NCBI GenBank assembly: GCA_023261845.1
Contig: JALNJZ010000001.1
Location: 64,001 to 128,000, forward strand
Source of the DNA: Candidatus Terraquivivens tengchongensis
GTDB lineage: Archaea; Thermoproteota; Nitrososphaeria_A; Caldarchaeales; Wolframiiraptoraceae
Direction of reading: 5' to 3'
Length of the DNA stretch: 64,000 nucleotides
Shown here: positions 20,665 to 30,784 of the stretch, piece after piece
Layout of the letters: each line of letters begins with the position of its first letter
How positions within the stretch are numbered: position 1 is the stretch's first letter
Program-made: the position numbers and the translations under genes
The notes under the pieces: generated by a model
What the model was told of the DNA's origin: nothing
The model's database searches: none
Seen by the model: only the letters and a program-made list of their open reading frames with translations

Positions 20665-21707
20665 TTGAACTTGAGTACAAACCTCCGAACATTCCTTATT
20701 CGTAGGTTAATATTGGTCATACCCACACTTTTGGGCATATCCCTTTTGATCTTCGGGGTAACCCAGTTATTCGACCCAATCGAGCGCGCCTCTCTTTATA
20801 TACGGGACCCAAGACAGATAAGATTCGTTGAGGAGATTATAAAAAATATGGATTAGACCAGCCCTTTTACGTCCAATATTTTGGTTGGTTGAGTCAAGTT
20901 CTTCAAGGGAACCTTGGTTGGTCTCAATCACTTCACATGCCAGTTTTGGAAGCGCTGATAACGAGGTTTCCTGCAACTGCCGAGTTAGTTTTATATTCCG
21001 CTCCTTTGACAATCGTTCTCGGTATATTCTTAGGAAAGATATCAGCTGTGAAAAGGGATACTGTAATAGACCACGTAACAAGGGTCATGGCTATAGTCGG
21101 CTGGTCGCTCCCAGCATTCTGGCTTGGAATAATTTTGATGGCCGTATTCTATGGTGGATTTGGCATTTTCCCGCCTGGAAGGTTAAGCCCTTGGGCTGAG
21201 GCAATGATACGTTCTGGGAAGTTTAAAGCTTACACGGGACTTTATACCATTGATGCAATCCTGAATCTTAACGGTGATGTTTTCATTGATGCCTTATCCC
21301 ATCTGGTTCTCCCAGTCATAACCTTGACGACGATCAACGTGGCGTTGATAATGAGGGTGATGCGTTCAAGCATGCTTGAACAACTTGGAAAGACCTATAT
21401 AATCGCCGCCAGGGCTAGAGGTCTAGATAGTAAGACGGTCATTGATAAACATGCCACTAAAAACGCTTTGATACCAGTGGTAACAATTTCAGGATTGCTT
21501 ACGGCCGGAATGCTTTCGGGGATGGTAATCACCGAGACCGTATTCGAATTTAAGGGTGTTGGATACTTTGCGGCCCACGCTGCGACTCAGCTTGATATAC
21601 CTGCCGTGTTGGGATTTGCCTTATTCGCAGGGCTCATCTTCGTAATAGCTAACCTAATAGTAGACATCCTTTATGCATACATAGATCCAAGAATTAGGCT
21701 AAGGTGA
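20665..21707 (+). pseudogene. dppB: Peptide ABC permease, frameshifted at an A6 run
   Basis: Adding one A at 20841-20846 gives IIKKYGLDQPFYVQY, joining 20665..20856 to 20889..21707. Confidence 0.8.
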
Positions 21708-21714
21708 AACTGCG

Positions 21715-22634
21715 ATGAAAACAAGAGTAGAGACAAAAGAAAGTCCCAGGCTTAAAGAGTTAAAGTTTATTGTAAGAAGAATCAGGGAAAACCCGCTGTC
21801 CTTAGCAGGATTAGTAATAATCATCTTTTTCACGATCATAGCCATAACAGCTCCGGTGCTCGCACCCCCGCGGCCCGGGCGTGATCCGTACATCATTCCC
21901 AGATCAGGCTACTTCCCGGAACCACAACCCCAAATCTAGAACATCCCTTTGGAACAACCGAAGGGCAGTACGATCTATACTATGGTGTGATTTGGGGGAC
22001 TAGGACGGCTTACAGGATCGGGGTTTTAGTTGTTGCCGTAAGCGCTCTTATAGGAATCATTGTTGGAAGCTTGGCGGGCTACTATAAAGGAGTTGTAGAC
22101 GAGGTGCTTATGCGTTTAACAGACATAATACTAGCGTTTCCAGGGCTGATACTTGCTATGGCGTTAGTTGTTGCATTCGGCCCTGGATTAGATAGCATAA
22201 CACTCGCATTAATCTTGGTTGGATGGCCTACCTATGCTCGGCTTATTAGAGGGGAATTTCTAAGAATAACTTCAGAGGATTTTGTAGAGGCGGCAAAGGC
22301 CATAGGTTGCTCAGATTTCAGGATCATAGTTAGGCACGTCCTACCTAACGCAGTTTTTCCACTCCTGATAGTAGCCTCGCTTGATATAGGCGCGATAGTG
22401 ATAACCGCTGCTGCATTAAGCTTCTTAGGTTTAGGAGCGCCTGAAGGATATGCGGACTGGGGTCAGCTTATCTCTCTCTCAAGAAACTGGATTACTGGGA
22501 CATCCGGGAATCCATTTGCATATTGGCACGTGTATGTGATTCCTGGGCTTTTCCTCTTCCTGTTTGTTATGGGCTGGAATCTTCTCGGAGACGCATTTAG
22601 AGACGTATTAGATCCAATGATCCGGAGGAAGTGA
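21715..22634 (+). pseudogene. dppC: Peptide ABC permease, frameshifted at a C4 run
   Basis: Adding one C at 21928-21931 gives PQPPNLEHPFGTTEGQYDLYYGVIWG, joining the two ORFs. Confidence 0.8.
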
Positions 22635-23875
22635 AGAGGCTGACTCTAGAAACCTTAGATAATGAAGAATTGTTGAGTGTCAAGGACTTAGTCGTCCGAT
22701 TCTATACGTATGAGGGCATAGTGAAGGCCGTTGAGAGGGCGAACCTAAAGCTGAGAAAGGGCGAGACTCTAGGAATCGTGGGTGAGACTGGGAGTGGAAA
22801 ATCCGTAACCGCCTTCACGATAATAGCCTTAACTCCTTCTCCAGGTAGGGTTGAGGGTGGAGCCGTATATTTCAGAAGGGCTCAAGGAGATGTTGTAAAT
22901 ATCATCAAGCTCAAAGAGGTTGAGTTGCTGAGAATTAGAGGTAAAGAGGTCTCTATGATTTTCCAAGAACCTAATGCTGCTCTAGACCCACTTTACAGGG
23001 TCGGAGATCAGATAGCTGAAGCAATACTCTCCCACAGACTGCCCGAGATTCTTGAGAACGTAATAAAGTTTGTCGAGGGGGAGCTGAGAAGAGGGCGCAG
23101 TGGATTCGGAGCGAGGCTGGAACTTTGGGCCTACCGAAAGATGCTTGAAAATCCGAAATCCGCAATCCTAGCAATTCTACGGAGGATTCCTATAATCAAA
23201 AACTTGATGACTCGCAGACTTAAACATGTCGTTCGAGAAGAGATTATTGAACTCCTCAAGCTCATGGAAATACCTGACCCTGAAAGAATTATCGAGGCCT
23301 ATCCCCACGAGCTAAGCGGAGGAATGCAACAAAGAATAATGATAGCCATAGCTTTGGCTTGCTCACCTGTTTTGTTACTCGCAGATGAACCTACCACTAA
23401 CTTAGACGTGACTGTTCAAGCCCAAATAATTGACTTGATCATGAGATTAAAAAACAAGCTCAATATGTCCATAATTTACATCACCCATGACATGGGAGTC
23501 ATAGCTGAGATAAGTGACAGAGTTGCAGTAATGTACGCTGGAAACCTCGTGGAAGTTGCTCCTGTTAAGGAGCTCTTCAATAACCCCCTTCACCCATACA
23601 CAAGGGCTCTCCTAGAGTCCATACCTAGACCGGGCTCCCCGTTCAAATCGATTCCAGGGACTATTCCAAACCTTGTGAACCCCCCGAGTGGATGCAGATT
23701 CCATCCGAGGTGTCCCTACGTTAGGGAGGCTTGTAAACTTGAGGTTCCCGAGCTTGTCAAAGTATCTGAAGATCATTACGTAGCTTGCTTGCTTTATGAT
23801 GGTGAGATATATGGGAAATATGGTGGTCACGGTAGATCTGAAGAAATACTTTCCGATAAGAGGCGGAATATTTAG
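22631..23875 (+). CDS. dppD: Peptide ABC transporter ATPase with C-terminal FeS domain
   Basis: GETGSGKS, YPHELSGGM, HPYT, GCRFHPRC. Confidence 0.9.
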   Translation: MKRLTLETLDNEELLSVKDLVVRFYTYEGIVKAVERANLKLRKGETLGIVGETGSGKSVTAFTIIALTPSPGRVEGGAVYFRRAQGDVVNIIKLKEVELLRIRGKEVSMIFQEPNAALDPLYRVGDQIAEAILSHRLPEILENVIKFVEGELRRGRSGFGARLELWAYRKMLENPKSAILAILRRIPIIKNLMTRRLKHVVREEIIELLKLMEIPDPERIIEAYPHELSGGMQQRIMIAIALACSPVLLLADEPTTNLDVTVQAQIIDLIMRLKNKLNMSIIYITHDMGVIAEISDRVAVMYAGNLVEVAPVKELFNNPLHPYTRALLESIPRPGSPFKSIPGTIPNLVNPPSGCRFHPRCPYVREACKLEVPELVKVSEDHYVACLLYDGEIYGKYGGHGRSEEILSDKRRNI

Positions 23876-24824
23876 CAAGAAGGTAGGCGAAGTTAAAGCC
23901 GTAGATGGCGTAACCCTAGCGATAAAGTCAGGAGAGACTTTGGGTCTTGTAGGCGAATCAGGGTGCGGAAAGACCACCTTTGGAAAGACCGTCATAAGAC
24001 TTCTCGACCCAGATGGAGGGAAAATCTTTTTCGATCCTGAAGGGGTTCTTTCAGATAATCCACAGATTGAAGAGAATGCAAAAAATCACGATATCACGAA
24101 TGTCAAGGGAAGGAGGCTCAAATTATTAAGGAAATATATGCAAATAGTCTACCAAAATCCATCAACATCGCTTAACCCAAGGATGCTGGTGAAGGATATT
24201 GTCGCCGAACCTCTAATAGTTCATGGAATTTGTAAAGGAAAAGAAGCTGATGAACGTGTTCTAAAAATGCTTGAGAAAGTCGGTCTCTCGAGAGAGCATC
24301 TATATAGGTATCCACACGAGTTCAGCGGAGGTCAGAAACAGAGGATAGCAATAGCAAGAGCTTTAATAACACATCCAAAATTCGTCGTCCTAGATGAGCC
24401 GACGTCGTCCGTAGATGTATCAGTAAGAGCATCATTAATAGAGTTGTTTAAAGATCTCCAGAGAAGGATGGGGTTGACTTATCTTTTTATTAGTCATGAT
24501 CTATCAATAATTGAGACTATTAGCACAAGGGTTGTTGTTATGTATCTTGGGAAGATCGTTGAGGTCGCGGAGACCGAAGAGATCTTCAAATCTCCTCTTC
24601 ACCCATACACACAAGCCTTGTTCTCTGCAATTCCTATACCAAATCCTGAGATAAAGCGTAAGAGGATAATCCTCCATGGAGAGCCGCCGAGTCCAGCCAA
24701 CCCTCCAAGTGGGTGCAGATTCCATCCGAGGTGCGCTTATAAAGAGGATGTTTGCGAACATTGTGAACCGGAACTTTTTGAGGTCAGGCCTGGTCATCTA
24801 GTTGCATGTCACCTCTATTCATAA
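23796..24824 (+). CDS. dppF: Peptide ABC transporter ATPase (likely start near 23811)
   Basis: VKAVDGV, GESGCGKT, YPHEFSGGQ, GCRFHPRC. Confidence 0.9.
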   Translation: MMVRYMGNMVVTVDLKKYFPIRGGIFSKKVGEVKAVDGVTLAIKSGETLGLVGESGCGKTTFGKTVIRLLDPDGGKIFFDPEGVLSDNPQIEENAKNHDITNVKGRRLKLLRKYMQIVYQNPSTSLNPRMLVKDIVAEPLIVHGICKGKEADERVLKMLEKVGLSREHLYRYPHEFSGGQKQRIAIARALITHPKFVVLDEPTSSVDVSVRASLIELFKDLQRRMGLTYLFISHDLSIIETISTRVVVMYLGKIVEVAETEEIFKSPLHPYTQALFSAIPIPNPEIKRKRIILHGEPPSPANPPSGCRFHPRCAYKEDVCEHCEPELFEVRPGHLVACHLYS

Positions 24825-24913
24825 AGGCTTTTCTTCCCAGTATTGTTAATGACCTCAGGTAGCTTACTTGTTTAAAAGAAAGGCCATTATTCAATGAAAG
24901 GATAGATTTCTCA

Positions 24914-25888
24914 TTATTTCTTTTTGGCCATTGTAGCTAGTTTAGCAAGGAAACTCATAATCTGTACTTCTTCCGATGCGCCCTCCGCTATCCTGTAGTC
25001 AACCTCGCCCAGGATGTCGAGTAGCTCAACTTTTGATTCCTCTGAGATATTGAGTGCAAAAATCTCCCTGTATATTGCTGAGATGAGGTCTCTACCAGCT
25101 ATTCCTTGCAGGTATAGAATAGCCCTGAGGGCGTCCCTTGCTTCTACGAACTTGCCAGACATTGCGTATTCTAGTATTCTCCTTACATCGCCCCTACTCA
25201 CATACCCTATAACTGTGTAAACAGCTTTTTCATCTACCTTCTTTCCGAGCGTAGAGGCCGCTTGTAGGATGTTTATGCATTTTCTCATATCTCCCTGCGC
25301 GAAGTCATATATGGCATCGATTGCCTCGTCGTCTATCTCCAAACCTTCTGACTTAGCTATCTTCTTCAAATGGGATGCCACATCGGTCTTCGTAAGAGGT
25401 TTGAACCTAAAGACTGCACATCTTGATTGTATCGGTTCGATTATTCTGTTGCTATAATTGGCCACGAGTATGAACCTGCACGTCGAAGAGAATTGCTCCA
25501 TCACACGTCTAAAAGCATGTTGAGCGTCATCCGTAAGCTGGTCACTTTCATCCAAGAGAAGTATCCTGAAGCCCACACCACTGAATGGAATAGACCTCGC
25601 GTACATCTTTACCTTTTCACGAATCGTTGCTATGCCTCGTTCATCGGACGCGTTGATTTCCACAAATAGACCATCTTTTATGTAACCCTCACCATACAGA
25701 TCTCTTGCAAATGCATGAGCTGTCGCAGTCTTCCCTGTGCCGGGTGGTCCCGTGAACAGCATATGTGGAACTGCCTTTGTCTTAAGTATGTTTTTTAGGC
25801 TGGAAACTACCTCATGCTGGTTTACTATCTCGTCGAGTGTCGTGGGTCTATACTTTTCAATCCAAGGCAGCATACTTACCGTAGACAA
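24914..25888 (-). CDS. rfcS: Replication factor C small subunit
   Basis: PWIEKYRP, GPPGTGKT, EINASDERG, IQSRC. Confidence 0.96.
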   Translation of the reverse strand: MSTVSMLPWIEKYRPTTLDEIVNQHEVVSSLKNILKTKAVPHMLFTGPPGTGKTATAHAFARDLYGEGYIKDGLFVEINASDERGIATIREKVKMYARSIPFSGVGFRILLLDESDQLTDDAQHAFRRVMEQFSSTCRFILVANYSNRIIEPIQSRCAVFRFKPLTKTDVASHLKKIAKSEGLEIDDEAIDAIYDFAQGDMRKCINILQAASTLGKKVDEKAVYTVIGYVSRGDVRRILEYAMSGKFVEARDALRAILYLQGIAGRDLISAIYREIFALNISEESKVELLDILGEVDYRIAEGASEEVQIMSFLAKLATMAKKK

Positions 25889-26000
25889 CCCACAACCAGC
25901 TTGATTGGTATAACGACGTATAATAAAGGTTACTTTGGGAAGTTTTACTATTTTGAATCTATACTTTTATATTACATTATTTTTTATTTAGGTTACTAAG

Positions 26001-26291
26001 ATGGTGACTGAAAGAAACTTATCCTGTATTTGTGGTGCAACTGTTGATGTCTCTTCGCTTATCGTAGAAAGGATTGGGGAAGAATATTACAAGATAGTAT
26101 GTCCGTCACCGAAGTGTCCTCTACGTGAGTTAGGCTTTGTAAAAGTTATTTGTCACTCAAATCCAAAGTTTGAGGTAAAACTTTCGAGGATGTTTAAAGA
26201 TTGGAATGTCCTACTTGTCGGTAGGGAAAGTTGTGACAGACTCGTACGCGACTTGCTGAAGCAAATATCTTTAAAGCTTAGAAAGTTCTAA
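26001..26291 (+). CDS. Hypothetical Cys-rich (possible Zn-binding) protein
   Basis: ATG ORF of 96 aa with CxC and CPxxxC; no family recognised. Confidence 0.55.
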   Translation: MVTERNLSCICGATVDVSSLIVERIGEEYYKIVCPSPKCPLRELGFVKVICHSNPKFEVKLSRMFKDWNVLLVGRESCDRLVRDLLKQISLKLRKF

Positions 26292-26442
26292 ACATGTTGA
26301 ACATAACTTTTGTGGATTATAACGGGCGAGAAGGACAATGATGAAGTTGGAATAAAACCACTTTTGCCCACAACCATAATCGAGACACATAGCACGACTT
26401 AGCTGTCGTTAAAATAACAGCGTTAAAAAGTTATATTGCACT

Positions 26443-26802
26443 ATGAATCATAATTTGTATATGCGGCTCATATTCAAAAAGGCATACGGCTTTTGTAACC
26501 CAAGCACCCTACTGGATGATATTAAACGTGTTCTCACTAACTATGGCGCACATATAAAAAACATAGAAAAGAGTGGAAAACAGGCTTGGAACGTATCCGC
26601 AGAGAAAGAGGGCGTAAACATCCTTGCTAAGCTCTCTTACACAAGCTTACCGATAAAGGAGCAGCCTGCATTTCGCTCAAGCGGCCTTTCTGGATACATC
26701 TCAATATGTGAGGTTGAATTGTACAGTAGTGGGGATGAAAACTTCAACGAAGCATTTAGGAGAAGGTTCGAGCTCGGGTTGTTCAGGGCTGGAGGAATTT
26801 AA
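26443..26802 (+). CDS. Hypothetical protein (start possibly ATG 26461)
   Basis: 119-aa ORF of plausible composition; no family recognised. Confidence 0.55.
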   Translation: MNHNLYMRLIFKKAYGFCNPSTLLDDIKRVLTNYGAHIKNIEKSGKQAWNVSAEKEGVNILAKLSYTSLPIKEQPAFRSSGLSGYISICEVELYSSGDENFNEAFRRRFELGLFRAGGI

Positions 26803-26994
26803 TTAACAGGTAGATACAATCCTAGTCAAGCTAAAAAGCTACAAATGGACTTGAAGTTTCACAAAAGCTTGAACTTAATCCGTAGGTTCTTCTTTTCTAA
26901 GTTGATAAAATGGCAGTAAGTTGAAAATACCTCATTACCTTCGGAATAACTCTCGCATCTTTTGTGATGGAAGTTTTGTGTAAAAATCATAAAG

Positions 26995-27041
26995 ACTATG
27001 GGTTTTCAGCCCTTTCCACTTCCTAGGGACGTTCTCCAGGC
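26995..27041 (-). other. 3' arm of the pre-16S processing stem (BHB)
   Basis: Complementary to 28589-28643: 18-bp helix, GTGG/CCAC with AAA bulges, two 10-bp helices. Confidence 0.92.
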
Positions 27042-27060
27042 AGGGAAGCACATTAACGGT

Positions 27061-28585
<1,525 letters not shown>

Positions 28586-28588
28586 CAA

Positions 28589-28643
28589 GCCTGGAGAAGT
28601 ACGCCGCATCCCTAGGAATTTGTGGGGGCTGAAAACCCATAGT
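28589..28643 (-). other. 5' arm of the pre-16S processing stem (BHB)
   Basis: Complementary to 26995-27041. Confidence 0.92.
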
Positions 28644-28794
28644 TAGACCCAAGCATCCTAACGCTTAGGTCCTCATCTTGTCCCACGGCTAGGAGGCCGC
28701 CCTTACATCTGATGGGCTTTCACGCCCCTATACGTTCGAGGGCGGTACCGCCGTCGAGCCGTGGAGTTTCGCACATTATTGTAATCATCGCCTG

Positions 28795-28810
28795 TTTATA
28801 TATATTTTGC
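28795..28810 (-). promoter_or_regulatory. Probable 16S rRNA promoter (BRE/TATA)
   Basis: Minus-strand GCAAAATATATATAAA about 25 nt before the GC-rich structured leader. Confidence 0.6.
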
Positions 28811-28897
28811 ATAAATATGTTTAAAACGTTCCTAGAACTTAAATGTCAACTATAAGCCTTTTGCTTTTCATACACCTTCGACTGTTTTAGGTAAAAG

Positions 28898-28970
28898 GGC
28901 CGCGGCTGGGATTCGAACCCAGGCAGCCGGCTCCACAGGCCGGAAGGCTAACCGCTACCTCACCGCGGCC
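28898..28970 (-). tRNA. tRNA-His(GTG) with encoded G-1
   Basis: G-GCCGCGG...CCGCGGC-C, anticodon GTG, GTTCGAATC T-loop. Confidence 0.95.
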
Positions 28971-29063
28971 AACCGCGGTCGCTTATTTATTAAAAAAGCT
29001 TCTCCTTAAGCCTTTCACCAGTCGTCTTTTGTATAAAAAATGTTAAGAAAATATTGCGGTCGA

Positions 29064-29354
29064 TTATCCGCTTTTGCGCAGCACACCCTTAGGGTCTTTG
29101 ATTATCAACACTATTTCCCAGACTATCAACGCAAATATTAGAAGGATGAAGCCGAGAACAGTAGCTTCAACGGACATCTCGAGGAATGCTCCACCCTCCA
29201 TGAGGTAGCCCATGACGTGGTCAATGAAGACCATTATAGTCGCGCCCCAGAATATTAGGCTCAACAGCTTTAACATATAGACGTCATTTTCAGCTTTGGA
29301 GTACCAGATCGCTGTCGAGAGGGTAGCCGCCATCGCCAACACTACGAGCCACAT
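29064..29354 (-). CDS. Small 3-TM membrane protein, WG-x7-DH motif
   Basis: Hydrophobic 96-aa ORF; LIFWGATIMVFIDH. Confidence 0.75.
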   Translation of the reverse strand: MWLVVLAMAATLSTAIWYSKAENDVYMLKLLSLIFWGATIMVFIDHVMGYLMEGGAFLEMSVEATVLGFILLIFALIVWEIVLIIKDPKGVLRKSG

Positions 29355-29425
29355 AAGCTTAAGCTTAATGTTACGTTTATATAGGTGTTACTATTCTTAA
29401 ATTTAGTATTACAGAGGGTGTAAAG

Positions 29426-29791
29426 ATGGCGTGCTTTCTAGTTCCGATGGTGCTGGCGATCATAACATCGCTCGTCCAAAAGACTGCACGAAACTTGGCT
29501 GGAAAAATTAAACTCTGGATCCTCAACGTATTGCTTTGGGGCGGAGTGATATTGCTGGCTGTCGAACACGTCTGGCATGGCGAGGTCGTTCCTTGGCCGC
29601 CGTTCCTGACGGCTATGGCAAACCCGGTTGAGATACCAGTAATGCTCCATGAAATGCTCACGGTAGGCATAACAATGTCCGTCGTGACTTTAACAGTGTG
29701 GGGAGCGATACTCGTAGCATCACATTACATGCAGAAGATAGCCGCACTAAGAACAGTTACTCATGTGGAAAAATCGCTTACTCCACGCTAA
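29426..29791 (+). CDS. Small 3-TM membrane protein, MACFLVP N-terminus, WG-x7-EH motif
   Basis: RBS GAGGGTG; LLWGGVILLAVEHVWHGE, PPFLTAM, HEM. Confidence 0.8.
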   Translation: MACFLVPMVLAIITSLVQKTARNLAGKIKLWILNVLLWGGVILLAVEHVWHGEVVPWPPFLTAMANPVEIPVMLHEMLTVGITMSVVTLTVWGAILVASHYMQKIAALRTVTHVEKSLTPR

Positions 29792-29908
29792 ACTCCTTCT
29801 TTTTATTTAAGACTGGCATATAATGAAGTTATGAAAGTTCTTGGTTTTACATTTCCTTCGAGATGCACCAGGCCTCCATAGAAGTAGAGATTTTGTGTGA
29901 TATGATAG

Positions 29909-29983
29909 CGGGCCCGGTGGGATTCGAACCCACGACTTACGGCTTAGGAGGCCGCCGCCCTATCCATTCTAGGCCACGGGCCC
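29909..29983 (-). tRNA. tRNA-Arg(CCT)
   Basis: GGGCCCG...CGGGCCCG, anticodon loop CTCCTAA. Confidence 0.95.
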
Positions 29984-30035
29984 AAAATTTTTAAGATGAT
30001 GATGCGTATTTAAGCGTAAACCTAGGTTAAGAGCG

Positions 30036-30779
30036 ATGCTCGTCGATGTGCACTGCCACCTGACAGATGAGGCCATAAAGGCAAACCTAGCAAAAGTGGT
30101 AGAGGACGCTAAGAGGTCTGGAGTAGCTATAATTGTAACATCTGGGCTTGGGTATGAGGATTGTTTAAAAGCATTAGAGGTGTCCGATTACAAAACGATC
30201 TTTCCGTCATTAGGAATAATGCCGTACAAGCTTGATGGTTATGAGGGTGTAATCTCTTTGATAGAGAAGAGTGCTAAGAAGATCGTCGCCATAGGAGAGG
30301 TCGGTCTTGACTTTCATGTAAACGTCAGACCTGATAAAGAGTTGCAAAGAAAGGTCTTTAAAGAATTCATAGAGCTGTCCTTGAATCTAGACCTTCCGTT
30401 AATAGTACACTCCAGGAGTGCTGGAAAGTATGCGTTAGAAATGTTAGTAGAGTGTGGTGCGAAGAATGTGATAATGCACGCATTTGATGGTTCGGCGTCA
30501 CATTCGTTGATTGGATTCGAAAAGGGCTATTTCTTCAGCATACCGCCCTCCGTTGTTAGGAGTACTCAGAAACAAAAACTCGTGAACAAAGTGCCTTTAG
30601 AGAACATCTTGCTGGAATCTGACGCTCCTGCTCTGTCTCCTGTTCCTGGTACCGTGAACACTCCATCCAACGTAAGGATATCCGCAGAGGTGGTGAGTAG
30701 GATAAAAGGGATTTCATTGGAGAAGGTGGAAGAGATTACGATGGAGAACGCCATGAGAATACTTAAGATAAAGGTTTAG
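30036..30779 (+). CDS. tatD: TatD-family deoxyribonuclease
   Basis: DVHCH, AIGEVGLD, VHSR, MHAF, LESDAP. Confidence 0.93.
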   Translation: MLVDVHCHLTDEAIKANLAKVVEDAKRSGVAIIVTSGLGYEDCLKALEVSDYKTIFPSLGIMPYKLDGYEGVISLIEKSAKKIVAIGEVGLDFHVNVRPDKELQRKVFKEFIELSLNLDLPLIVHSRSAGKYALEMLVECGAKNVIMHAFDGSASHSLIGFEKGYFFSIPPSVVRSTQKQKLVNKVPLENILLESDAPALSPVPGTVNTPSNVRISAEVVSRIKGISLEKVEEITMENAMRILKIKV

Positions 30780-30784
30780 AAATT

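Noticed and set aside
23796-23875. Long dppD/dppF overlap as a fifth lesion (lost stop)
   Set aside because: Cannot be distinguished from a natural overlap without orthologs
23690-24733. Near-identical TGCAGATTCCATCCGAGGTG in dppD and dppF
   Set aside because: Encodes the conserved CRFHPRC motif of paralogous ATPases
28898-29983. tRNA-flanked segment as an integrated mobile element
   Set aside because: No integrase and no duplicated tRNA 3' end (att site) seen
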